DNA of 64,000 nucleotides. Origin: Candidatus Omnitrophota bacterium. GTDB lineage: Bacteria > Omnitrophota > Gorgyraeia > Duberdicusellales > 4484-171. The stretch's first letter is position 1. Every line of letters begins with the position of its first letter. Made by a program: the position numbers and the translations under genes. Location: NCBI GenBank assembly GCA_021735655.1, contig JAIPGM010000001.1, positions 256,001 to 320,000 on the forward strand, written 5' to 3'. The notes beneath the pieces were generated by a model. That model made no database searches. It saw only the letters and a program-made list of their open reading frames with translations, and was not told the origin of the DNA. Shown in pieces: positions 1 through 8,846 of this stretch.

Positions 1-640
1 GATAAGCAAAGAAATGAAGAAACGAAATATTAAAATTGAGTGGTCTTGTAGATCTAGGGTAGACGTAGTCGATGAGGATATAATTAAAGAGGCTAAATCT
101 ATAGGATGTAGACAGATATTGTTTGGGATAGAGTCGGCAGACCAACAAGTGCTACAAGGAATCCAAAAAAAAATAAGCATTGAAAAAGTTAAGGACAGCA
201 TTAAGCTTTGCAGGAAATACAATATTTTAACTATGGGTTTTTTCATGATCGGAAACCCCGGAGAAACCAGGGATAGCATAAATAGATCAATTAAATTCGC
301 AAAAGATCTAGGCTTGGATTTTGTGCAGTTTTGCAGGGCAATTGCTAAACCTAATTCAGGATTAAACGAGATACTGAAAAGTAAGACTGGTAAGGATTAT
401 TGGAGCGACTATATGCTTGGTAAGGAAAAGGAACGAAGGATGTTAACTCCTTGGGTTGACCTATCCCAAGAGGAGATAGAATATTATACAGTTAAAGCCT
501 ACCGTAGTTTTTACTTTCGACCTGTGCATATTCTCAAGATTACCTTAAAAGTAAAATCTTTTTCTGAATTTGTTAAGTATCTCCGGGTTGGATTACGGAT
601 GCTTTTTGGAAATAAAAAAGAATATGACCTTAAAAGATAA
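1..640 (+). CDS. B12-binding radical SAM protein, C-terminal part (5' end outside window)
   Basis: Reading frame is open from position 1 (no stop before the Met at 14). C-terminal motifs typical of class B rSAM enzymes: FGIESADQQVL, FMIGNPGETRDSI, LTPWVDLSQEEIEYY. Confidence 0.6.
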   Translation, partial: ISKEMKKRNIKIEWSCRSRVDVVDEDIIKEAKSIGCRQILFGIESADQQVLQGIQKKISIEKVKDSIKLCRKYNILTMGFFMIGNPGETRDSINRSIKFAKDLGLDFVQFCRAIAKPNSGLNEILKSKTGKDYWSDYMLGKEKERRMLTPWVDLSQEEIEYYTVKAYRSFYFRPVHILKITLKVKSFSEFVKYLRVGLRMLFGNKKEYDLKR

Positions 641-1616
641 ACTTCATTCTTTCAATTGTATGTTTAAAGTAAGGTTTTTAAAAAAAAGAATACCTTTGGC
701 GGTCCGTCTTCAGGTTACAAATCGCTGTACATTACAATGTAAATATTGCAATCTTTGGAACACAAAAACTGAAGAATTCACCAAAGAAGAAATATTTAGT
801 CTTATCGATCAATTAGCCGTTTTGGGGGCTAAAAGAATTTCTTTTAGTGGCGGAGAGCCGTTGCTAAGAAAAGATATAGGTGAGATCATAAGCTATTGCC
901 GAGAAAAAAGTATTTATCCTGAAATGAATTCCAATGGCACATTAGTGCCTGAAAGAGTAGATGAAATTAGTAACTTAGATTTTCTAAAATTGAGTCTAGA
1001 CGGGCCAAAAGAAATACACGATTTATTACGGGGCAAAGGTTCCTATGGACAGGTTCTAGCGGCTGCTGATTCTGTTTCTAAGAAGGGGATGAATTTTGGT
1101 TTTGCCACGACTTTAACAAAGTATAATATAGATCATCTTGATTTTCTTCTTGCTATAGCAGAAAAGTACAATACGATAGTGGCTTTTCAGCCTTTAAAGC
1201 AACTCTATCGAGGGATAAGTGACATTTCTAATTTAGCGCCATCTCAGGATAAATTTAAAAAGGCTATTGATAAGCTTATCCAAACTAAGAAATCCGGTAA
1301 TAGGCATATGCGTAATTCCCTTCGCGGACTTAAGCATATTTATAATTGGCCAAAATATAAAAAACTTAGATGCTGGTCGGGGCGGCTTTTTTGTATTATT
1401 AATGCCGATGGTGAGCTATTTCCTTGCGATAGAATTAATTATAATTCTCCGCTCCCGAATTGTAAAAAACAGGCCTTAAAGTTAGCTTTAGATCAGTTAC
1501 CTCAAGCGCATTGTTCGGGATGCGGTTTTTGTGGCTCTTTAGAGCTAAATTATCTTATGAATTTTAAACTCGATATTATTTCTTCGATAAGAAAGATATT
1601 AGATAAACAAGAATAA
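624..1616 (+). CDS. radical SAM/SPASM-domain protein, paralog A1
   Basis: KKRIPLAV..TNRCTLQCKYC (CxxxCxxC), FSGGEPLLRKDI, C-terminal Cys cluster (C..PCD...CSGCGFC). Start moved to ATG 624 (MTLKDK...) by alignment with paralog N-termini; the ORF track begins at 570. Confidence 0.8.
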   Translation: MTLKDKLHSFNCMFKVRFLKKRIPLAVRLQVTNRCTLQCKYCNLWNTKTEEFTKEEIFSLIDQLAVLGAKRISFSGGEPLLRKDIGEIISYCREKSIYPEMNSNGTLVPERVDEISNLDFLKLSLDGPKEIHDLLRGKGSYGQVLAAADSVSKKGMNFGFATTLTKYNIDHLDFLLAIAEKYNTIVAFQPLKQLYRGISDISNLAPSQDKFKKAIDKLIQTKKSGNRHMRNSLRGLKHIYNWPKYKKLRCWSGRLFCIINADGELFPCDRINYNSPLPNCKKQALKLALDQLPQAHCSGCGFCGSLELNYLMNFKLDIISSIRKILDKQE

Positions 1617-1626
1617 AGAAGGTTAT

Positions 1627-2916
1627 ATGGTTCAAAATAATTCTGGAAAGTGCTTAAAATTTATATACTCTAGCATAGCGTGTGTAATCGTTAGTTGTAT
1701 ATTATTTGTAACTTTAGAGGTAGGGGCTAGGTATTTATTTCCCAATAATGATCGACTTCAAGAGATACTTCGTGTTTTAGAGCAAGATTCAATACTTTTT
1801 TGGCGCCAGAGGGAAAATTTAGATACAGAATTTCAAAAGACAGGCCTAAAGACAAATTTTATCGGCTTAAGGGACGAGGTTCAGAATTTCGGCAAAAAAG
1901 CAAATCTGGTTAGGGTTATTTGCTTGGGTGCATCGCCGACATTTGGATGGGCAGTGGAAGGTGAAGACTCTTATCCCGACCAGCTAGAAAATATGCTTAA
2001 TCATAACCCCAAAGGCAAAAAAATTTACGAGGTCATAAATGCCGGAGTCATCGGATATAGTTCTTATCAGGGGTTATTATTTTTAAAAAATGAATTGCTC
2101 AGGTTTGATCCGGATATTATTACCATAGCTTATGGAGTTAATGATATGGACAAGCACAGATTCTATCGGAGCAATGGCAAAATGGATAAGGAATTGTATC
2201 CTAAGAATAGGAGCTCAGTTTTTCTGGAGAACATTTTTAATAATAGTAAATTAGTTAGAGTGTGCAGGGATTTTGTTTTATATCTTAAAGGTTACAGGAA
2301 AGATTTTTCAGGAATTAAAGGAAGTACTTTTTCTGATAGCGTAAGAGTATCGCCTCAAGATTATAAAAATAATCTCGATGAGATTTTAAAGATAGCTAAG
2401 AAGAAAGGAATAAAAATCATATTCATTAAAATGCCCATGGACCTATCTTTACCGGAACCAATATCAGACCAAAAAAAACTTAAAGCTGAGGAGTATTTAT
2501 CAATCGGACTAAAGCTCATTAAGGCGAGAGCTATAGACCAAGCGATTGCAAATCTTAAAAAGGCAGCTATAAATAATCCTTATTCAAGCGAAGTTTTTTA
2601 CTATTTAGGAATGTGTTATGAATTAGAAAAAGATTCCCTATCGGCAAAAGATTATTTTTTGAAAGCGAAGGAGGCTCAAGCCTATCAGCATAGGAAAGAT
2701 ATCCAAATTTATCAAGATCTCATGCAGCAATTAGCTGATACTAAAAATATACCTTGCCTGGATGCGATGCGTGCGGTTGTTGGAAGTAATAATAAGAGTT
2801 TTTTTAAAACACCAATCCACCCCAATGCTTCAGGTCATAAAATTATTGCCGGGCTATTATATGATGCTTTAACTGATAATGATTACTTATTAAACGATGA
2901 GGAAAATAGGAGGTAA
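1627..2916 (+). CDS. SGNH/GDSL-like hydrolase with N-terminal TM anchor and C-terminal TPR repeats
   Basis: N-terminal hydrophobic helix. Block I-like VICLGASPTFG, block III-like AYGVNDMD, block V-like HPNASGHKI. TPR-like LGMCYELEKDSLSAKDYFLKAKEA. Confidence 0.5.
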   Translation: MVQNNSGKCLKFIYSSIACVIVSCILFVTLEVGARYLFPNNDRLQEILRVLEQDSILFWRQRENLDTEFQKTGLKTNFIGLRDEVQNFGKKANLVRVICLGASPTFGWAVEGEDSYPDQLENMLNHNPKGKKIYEVINAGVIGYSSYQGLLFLKNELLRFDPDIITIAYGVNDMDKHRFYRSNGKMDKELYPKNRSSVFLENIFNNSKLVRVCRDFVLYLKGYRKDFSGIKGSTFSDSVRVSPQDYKNNLDEILKIAKKKGIKIIFIKMPMDLSLPEPISDQKKLKAEEYLSIGLKLIKARAIDQAIANLKKAAINNPYSSEVFYYLGMCYELEKDSLSAKDYFLKAKEAQAYQHRKDIQIYQDLMQQLADTKNIPCLDAMRAVVGSNNKSFFKTPIHPNASGHKIIAGLLYDALTDNDYLLNDEENRR

Positions 2917-2918
2917 TC

Positions 2919-4196
2919 GTGGATAAAAATAATACTCATAATACATCTAAGAAGACCAAATATCGTTTAAGGGCAAAAGTTTGCATAAGTTTGTTTAGTC
3001 TGTTTTTTTCTTTAATCGTACTGGAGGTAGTTTTAAGAATTATTGGGCATGTTTATTTTTCATCGCGACCAACGGCAGATGAAATATTTGCAGAATTCCA
3101 AAATAAACAAGGCGAAAGAGTAATTTTGTGTATTGGTGATTCTTACACAGTTGGGGCTAACGTAGGAGAGAAAAACGCCTGGCCTAGTAAATTGCAGATT
3201 ATGCTGAATGAGGGGTATGGTGAAGGTAAATTTCACGTTGTTAATAGCGGTGTATGCGAGATCAATTCTGCTCAGGTTCTAGAGATATTACCTCGCTACA
3301 TAGAACGTTACAAACCTGAGATAATTATTTTTTTGGTTGGAGTTGCTAACCAATTCAATTTTATTGGATTCGACAGGGAAGCAGAAACCTATTTGAAATT
3401 GCCTAACTTTGTTTATAAGCTCAGAACTTACAAGATGTTAAGGATTGTAGCTTTAAATATTCGGCAAAAGATTTTTAAAGATAGTTTCGAGCAAGATAGT
3501 ACTTTTGCTACTCAAGCATCGCTATCAAAGCGTCAATTGAGTAAAGCTCTTAATCCAGACGAGCACATATTTGCAGAAATAGCAGATGCTGATTATGACT
3601 TAATTGAGCACCTAAGGGCGGCAGGTGAGCACGATAAAGCTTCTGATTTGTTTAGAAAATCGGTGTTGGTCATTGACCCTAATTCAGAATTGTTTGCTTA
3701 TTATGGTCCTGAATTTATACTTGATATATATGACGATATGTATAATAGCAAAACCTTGAGTGTGGATGAGGTGCTTTCTGATTTTAGAAAAAATCTAGAA
3801 AGTAACCCTAGTCTGAAAGATGATAAGGCGTTCATGGACTATTATTCGTATTTACAAAGTATAGATAAATTCTATAAAGCAAAAAGAATTGAGCAGCAGC
3901 TGATAAATGATTTGGATAAGATTATTAGTGTGTGTCGAGACAATAATGTCAGAATTGTTATCCAAAATTACCCTTACCCTTATCCAATGATTGACAAGGT
4001 CATAGCCGATGTAGCTCTCAAATATTCTTTAACTTTAGTCGATCAAGGCAGAATTTTTAGTAGGTTAATTGCTAGGAATAAAAGAGAGATTTATTTTCAA
4101 GATGATCTTCATTGCACCCCTTTGGGGTACCGGATTATGGCAGAAAACATATATAATGTTTTTAAGCAAGAGGATATCGGCAAAATAGAACCATAG
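2919..4196 (+). CDS. SGNH/GDSL hydrolase-family protein, membrane anchored
   Basis: GTG start preceded by AGGAGG. N-terminal TM helix. Block I ILCIGDSYTVGANVG. C-terminal DDLHCTPLGYRI (DxxH block V). Confidence 0.55.
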   Translation: MDKNNTHNTSKKTKYRLRAKVCISLFSLFFSLIVLEVVLRIIGHVYFSSRPTADEIFAEFQNKQGERVILCIGDSYTVGANVGEKNAWPSKLQIMLNEGYGEGKFHVVNSGVCEINSAQVLEILPRYIERYKPEIIIFLVGVANQFNFIGFDREAETYLKLPNFVYKLRTYKMLRIVALNIRQKIFKDSFEQDSTFATQASLSKRQLSKALNPDEHIFAEIADADYDLIEHLRAAGEHDKASDLFRKSVLVIDPNSELFAYYGPEFILDIYDDMYNSKTLSVDEVLSDFRKNLESNPSLKDDKAFMDYYSYLQSIDKFYKAKRIEQQLINDLDKIISVCRDNNVRIVIQNYPYPYPMIDKVIADVALKYSLTLVDQGRIFSRLIARNKREIYFQDDLHCTPLGYRIMAENIYNVFKQEDIGKIEP

Positions 4197-4208
4197 GGAG
4201 GTTAACAA

Positions 4209-4388
4209 ATGAAAAGAAAAACTAGTTTTAAACAGAATAAAGAGATTCTGTGGCAAATATTCTTTTTGATTAAAGAAAATAAGAAATGGTGGTTACTGCC
4301 TATATTTTTAGTATTAGTAATTTTAGGTTTATTTGTCAGCTTGACAGGAAATCAATCTATTTTGCCTGCAGTTTACGCTTTATTTTAA
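4209..4388 (+). CDS. small membrane protein (59 aa), DUF5989-like
   Basis: ORF just below the track cutoff: MKRKTSFKQNKEILWQIFFLIKENKKWWLLPIFLVLVILGLFVSLTGNQSILPAVYALF. It has the KKWWL..P single-TM pattern I recall for the DUF5989 family. GGAGG lies upstream. Confidence 0.45.
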   Translation: MKRKTSFKQNKEILWQIFFLIKENKKWWLLPIFLVLVILGLFVSLTGNQSILPAVYALF

Positions 4389-4403
4389 TATTACTGAAAT
4401 AAA

Positions 4404-4592
4404 ATGGCAACATTATTAAGAAAAGTTATTGCTTCTGTTGTTTGTTCTATAGCATTGCTATTGCCGCATAGACTTAGAATTATCTATTGCGAGATACTTG
4501 GCTGGTCGATGCAATTAATCTTTTGGGCTTATATTTCTATACTTAAATTTATAATAAAGTCACTTAAAGTGGGTAAAATTAAAACGCAATGA
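4404..4592 (+). CDS. small hydrophobic protein (62 aa), translationally coupled to the downstream PP-loop ATPase
   Basis: ORF whose stop overlaps the next start (ATGA at 4589-4592). Strongly hydrophobic. No recognisable domain. Confidence 0.3.
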   Translation: MATLLRKVIASVVCSIALLLPHRLRIIYCEILGWSMQLIFWAYISILKFIIKSLKVGKIKTQ

Positions 4593-5425
4593 AAGAGCTT
4601 GTTATTTTATACTCTGGCGGAACAGATTCAACCTGTGCCGCAGCTTTAATGGCTAAAGAGTTTGATAAGATCCATTTATTATCTTATACACGTTTTGGTG
4701 TATTTTCGATAGAAAATTCTAAAAAAAATGTCGAAAGGCTTGTAGAAAAATTCGGTAAAGATAAGTTTATTCATAAAATAATCGATGTAGATAAAATATT
4801 TCGAAAGGTATCGTATTCTAACTACATGCATAATCTTAGAAAACATAAGTTTGTTATGCTTACGATGTGTGGTTTGTGTAAAATAACTTTGCATATTCGT
4901 TCTTTAATGTATTGCTTAGACAATGATATAAAGTATGTGTGTGATGGTGTGGATAAAAGCATGGTTTTATTCCCAACCCACATGAGGGAGGTAGTTGGCT
5001 TAATCAAAGATATGTATTTTCGTTACGGAATTATCTATTCGTTGCCAGTATATGAATGTGGCACCCCTAGAAAAATAGGATATTTTGATAAATATAAATT
5101 AGATTTAAACATTTCAGAGCCAGATAATTTCGCTGTTGATTCTGAGTCGAACAATCCTACAACTGGTGAAATATTGCATAAAATGGGCATTTTTCCTTCG
5201 GATAATATTAAAGGAACAAAGCTTGATCATCAGATGCAGTATAGATGTTTTCAATTTATATTAACTTATATATTAGCACTTTGGTATTATTTGCCAAAAG
5301 ATGGTTATGAAAAATATAAGGATGTGTGTATAGAATTCTATAAAGAAAAGATAAATTATTTTTACCCTTTGTTAGATGAATATTTTAATAAAAAAGAAAG
5401 CAGTAGCCTAGCTAGATTGCGATAA
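4589..5425 (+). CDS. PP-loop ATP pyrophosphatase (adenine-nucleotide alpha-hydrolase superfamily)
   Basis: N-terminal SGGTDST PP-loop (SGGxDS), as in QueC/LarE/asparagine-synthetase-type enzymes. Cys cluster CGLCKITLH...C. Confidence 0.6.
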   Translation: MKELVILYSGGTDSTCAAALMAKEFDKIHLLSYTRFGVFSIENSKKNVERLVEKFGKDKFIHKIIDVDKIFRKVSYSNYMHNLRKHKFVMLTMCGLCKITLHIRSLMYCLDNDIKYVCDGVDKSMVLFPTHMREVVGLIKDMYFRYGIIYSLPVYECGTPRKIGYFDKYKLDLNISEPDNFAVDSESNNPTTGEILHKMGIFPSDNIKGTKLDHQMQYRCFQFILTYILALWYYLPKDGYEKYKDVCIEFYKEKINYFYPLLDEYFNKKESSSLARLR

Positions 5426-5486
5426 AATTTAAAAATAACGAGCCAGTGTGCAGAATTTGCTAAGGATAATAATTTAAATTAAGCCG

Positions 5487-6464
5487 ATGAAAAATATTGA
5501 GAAAGTAAGATTAGCTTGCGCTTTACTGAGAATAAAATTATTGAAAAAAAGAATACCTTTGATAGTTAGCTGGTCGTTAACCTATAGGTGTAATCATAAA
5601 TGTTTATATTGTGGCATTTGGGAAAAAACTTCGGATGAATTAAGCAACGAACAAATTTTTTCACTTATCGACCAAATGGCGGCGGCAGGGACTCAACGGA
5701 TACATTTTACCGGTGGTGAGCCCTTATTAAGAGATGATATCGATAAGATTCTGATTTATTGTAAAAAAAAGGGAATAAGTACTGCATTGAATTCTAATGG
5801 GTTTTTGATTCCTGAAAAAATAAAATCCCTTATTAATCTCGACTTATTGTCGTTAAGCTTAGATGGGCCAGAAGCGGTGCATGATTCCATCAGAGGTAAG
5901 GGCTCTTACCAACAAGTAATGGGAGCGATAGAGGCAGCTAAGAAAAATAATATAAAAATAAAAATAATAACCGTATTGTCAAAGTTAAATCTAGGCCATA
6001 TTGATTTTATTTTGCATAAAGCGCAGGAATTGAAGATTCCGGTTACTTTCCAACCGACGACGATTTCGGTGCTTGAGGGAAGTAAGCCTAACTCCATTGC
6101 CGCTATCAAAGAAGAGTATAATCAAGCAGTTAGCTATTTAATAAAAGAAAAAAGAAAAAACAAATATATAGGTAATTCTTGTTCAGGATTAAAACATCTT
6201 TATGATTGGCCATCACCGTCAAAAATTTCCTGTGTAAATAGTCGCATTATTTGTCGTCTTGAACCTGATGGCCGTCTTTATGGATGCAATGATTATAAAA
6301 ATAAAGGCCTTGCGGTAGATTGCATAACCCTTGGCTTTAAAAAAGCTTTTGATAGCCTTGTGCCTTTTGCTTGTGATGAATGCTGGTGCGCTTCACTTGT
6401 AGAATTAAACTGTTTATTTGCCATAAAATTAGATACTGTTTTTAGTATTATCAAGTTAATTTAA
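5487..6464 (+). CDS. radical SAM/SPASM-domain protein, paralog A2
   Basis: KKRIPLIVSWSLTYRCNHKCLYC, FTGGEPLLRDDI, LSLDGPEAVHDSIRGKGSY, C-terminal CxxC/CWC cluster. Confidence 0.8.
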   Translation: MKNIEKVRLACALLRIKLLKKRIPLIVSWSLTYRCNHKCLYCGIWEKTSDELSNEQIFSLIDQMAAAGTQRIHFTGGEPLLRDDIDKILIYCKKKGISTALNSNGFLIPEKIKSLINLDLLSLSLDGPEAVHDSIRGKGSYQQVMGAIEAAKKNNIKIKIITVLSKLNLGHIDFILHKAQELKIPVTFQPTTISVLEGSKPNSIAAIKEEYNQAVSYLIKEKRKNKYIGNSCSGLKHLYDWPSPSKISCVNSRIICRLEPDGRLYGCNDYKNKGLAVDCITLGFKKAFDSLVPFACDECWCASLVELNCLFAIKLDTVFSIIKLI

Positions 6465-6473
6465 TGATATGAA

Positions 6474-7463
6474 ATGAAAAAAGCCGAACTATTAGCTGCT
6501 TATAATTTGTCAAAGGCAAAATTTTTTAGGAAGAAAATTCCTTTAGTGGTCGGATGGTCTGTTACTAATAGATGTAACTGGCACTGTGCTTATTGTACGC
6601 GATGGAGTGATCATTCAGAAGAGCTAGATACAAAACAGATTTATTCTATTTTGGACGAATTATTTCAGATGGGCACCTATAGTATTAATTTTACTGGGGG
6701 TGAACCATTGATAAGAGATGATATAGATAGAATAGTTTATTATGCAAAAAGAAAAGGCATCAACGTAACCATTAGCAGTAACGGTTCGTTAGTATCCCAA
6801 AAGATTAAAGAGATTCGTAAAGCTAACCCCCTTATTATTATAAGCTATGATGGGCCGCAAGATGTGCATGGTAGGCAGAGGCAAAAAGATTCTTATCAAT
6901 CTGTGTTGGATGCGATCGAGGCAGCAAAAAAATGTAATATTTTTGTAAAACTTCATACAGTCTTGACTAGGCATAATATAGAGCATGTTGATTCTATATT
7001 AGATTTTGCCAAAAAGTTGGACCTAACTGTGAATTTTGCTGTTGTCGAGTTCACTCCTTTTAGTAAAGAAGAAGCAGTTAAGACTTTATTGCCACCAAAA
7101 GATAAGTATAAATCAGCACTTAAATATCTCATATTTGAAAAAAGAAAAGGTAATAGTAGCGTTAGTAATTCACTTAGTGGTTTGCAATACCTTGAGCAGT
7201 GGCCTGAGTATAGAAAAATAAATTGCTGTGCTGGAAGAATTTACTGTCGGATTGAGTCCAATGGTGATGTTTTTCCTTGTGGCAATTTAATTTTTAAAAG
7301 CAAACCTCGTAACTGTTTAGAATTAGGATTTAAAAATGCTTTCGAGAATATTGAATTTAATGATTGTAAATCCTGTTGGTGTGATACCAGAATTGAGTTG
7401 AATCGTATATATTCTTTTAATTTAGGAGCTATTTTAGAGGTAAAAAGAACTTATAAATTATAA
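6474..7463 (+). CDS. radical SAM/SPASM-domain protein, paralog A3
   Basis: KKIPLVVGWSVTNRCNWHCAYC, FTGGEPLIRDDI, C-terminal C..PCG...CKSCWC. Confidence 0.8.
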   Translation: MKKAELLAAYNLSKAKFFRKKIPLVVGWSVTNRCNWHCAYCTRWSDHSEELDTKQIYSILDELFQMGTYSINFTGGEPLIRDDIDRIVYYAKRKGINVTISSNGSLVSQKIKEIRKANPLIIISYDGPQDVHGRQRQKDSYQSVLDAIEAAKKCNIFVKLHTVLTRHNIEHVDSILDFAKKLDLTVNFAVVEFTPFSKEEAVKTLLPPKDKYKSALKYLIFEKRKGNSSVSNSLSGLQYLEQWPEYRKINCCAGRIYCRIESNGDVFPCGNLIFKSKPRNCLELGFKNAFENIEFNDCKSCWCDTRIELNRIYSFNLGAILEVKRTYKL

Positions 7464-7466
7464 TAT

Positions 7467-8846
7467 ATGAAACAGATTGAAACCGAAGTGCTTATTCTTG
7501 GTGGCGGGTTGAGCGGGCTAATAGCCGCAGAGCTTTTATCTAAAGAAAGAAAAAAAATATTTATTTTAGAAAAAGAGTCTGTATCCGGTGGTTTAGCAAC
7601 GACAGTTCAATTCGAGGGCTTTAAGTTTGATATCGGAGGGCATAGAGTTTGTTTTAATAAGTCAGAGAATATAAATTATTTTAAAGATATCCTTGGTGAA
7701 AAAAAGTTTTTATTTTTGAAGAGAAAAAGCAAGATCATGTTTAACGATAGATATGTAAATTACCCCTTGAGCATCGGTACCGCATTTAATGTAAAAAAAA
7801 TGCATTTATTAAAAATAGCTTTTGATAGGCTTGGTGTGTATTTAAAAAGACAAAATAACTTGACTCCAGATAATTTTGAAGATTGGATAAAGATACATTA
7901 CGGGAAAACATTGTACAATATGTTTTTCAAGGAATATACAGAGAAAGTCTGGGGCAGGCCGTGTGGCGAGCTTTCTTCTAGCTTGGGGATAAGGAGAATG
8001 GGTAGTAAAAAACTATCAAAATTAACTAAATGTATTTCTAGGGGTGACGATGCTTTCAGGGAAAGCGCCCGCTCTTTTTATTACCCTCAAGAAGGAATGG
8101 AGGCGTTAATTAATGCTTTCGAGCAAAAATTAGGTACTAGTTGTAATATTCACAAAAATGTTCGAATCGGAAAAATTACCAGGTCTAACGGAGGGCTGAG
8201 CTGTTTATTGGCCAGCTCTAAAGGAGAACCTTACAAGATAAATTTTAAATATATCTTTTCTTCAATACCGCTTACAGAGCTTTTTAAAGCATTATCTATT
8301 GATGGGTTAACTTTGCCTCACAATTTAGAAAAAGGAATACAATATAGAAGTTTAGTTTTGGTAAGTATGATTGTTAATAAGAAAAATATCTCCCGGTGGC
8401 ATTGGTGTTATTTTCCTTCCCGGAAAGTTATATTTTCAAGATTACATGAGCCAAAGTTTTGGAGTAATGGTATGGCTGTAGATGAGAACAAGACATTGAT
8501 ATGTGCAGAAGTGTTTTGTAACTACAATGATTCATGTTGGCTTATGAATGATCGTGACCTAGCAATAGCAGTAAAAGAAGGTTTAAAGATTAATAAATTA
8601 ATCGATAGTGATCAAGATGTAGGTAATTTTTGCGTAAAGAGGATAAGATATGCCTATCCGCTACCAACTTATGAGTATAAAAAATATTTATCCATAGCTA
8701 AAAAGGCACTTAGTTCTTTTAATAATCTTTTTTTAATAGGAAGGAATGGAACCCATTCTTATTTTAATATGGAAGAATGCCTCGATGATGTGAAAGAGAA
8801 GGTTAAATTTTTACATGAAAATAGCAGTAATTATCCCCGTAACTAG
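7467..8846 (+). CDS. FAD/NAD(P)-dependent oxidoreductase (amine-oxidase / UDP-galactopyranose-mutase-like fold)
   Basis: N-terminal Rossmann dinucleotide motif LILGGGLSGLIAAELL followed by LEKE. Confidence 0.55.
   Translation: MKQIETEVLILGGGLSGLIAAELLSKERKKIFILEKESVSGGLATTVQFEGFKFDIGGHRVCFNKSENINYFKDILGEKKFLFLKRKSKIMFNDRYVNYPLSIGTAFNVKKMHLLKIAFDRLGVYLKRQNNLTPDNFEDWIKIHYGKTLYNMFFKEYTEKVWGRPCGELSSSLGIRRMGSKKLSKLTKCISRGDDAFRESARSFYYPQEGMEALINAFEQKLGTSCNIHKNVRIGKITRSNGGLSCLLASSKGEPYKINFKYIFSSIPLTELFKALSIDGLTLPHNLEKGIQYRSLVLVSMIVNKKNISRWHWCYFPSRKVIFSRLHEPKFWSNGMAVDENKTLICAEVFCNYNDSCWLMNDRDLAIAVKEGLKINKLIDSDQDVGNFCVKRIRYAYPLPTYEYKKYLSIAKKALSSFNNLFLIGRNGTHSYFNMEECLDDVKEKVKFLHENSSNYPRN

Noticed and set aside
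1267-1479. Short same-strand ORFs within rSAM and other genes (1267-1479, 7036-7221, 14249-14437, 29770-29982)
   Set aside because: They are out-of-frame overlaps inside longer motif-bearing ORFs.
4404-4592. Calling the 62-aa ORF an SxtJ-like protein or a truncated lysophospholipid acyltransferase N-terminus
   Set aside because: It is too short, with no diagnostic motif (no NHxS/HxxxxD). The resemblance is only hydrophobic and Arg-rich character.
5426-5486. Search for RiPP precursor-peptide ORFs next to each SPASM rSAM
   Set aside because: Intergenic gaps next to the rSAM genes are 3-61 nt and contain no ORF with an RBS. The only small ORFs in the island are the hydrophobic peptides at 4209-4592, which do not resemble known leader/core precursors.
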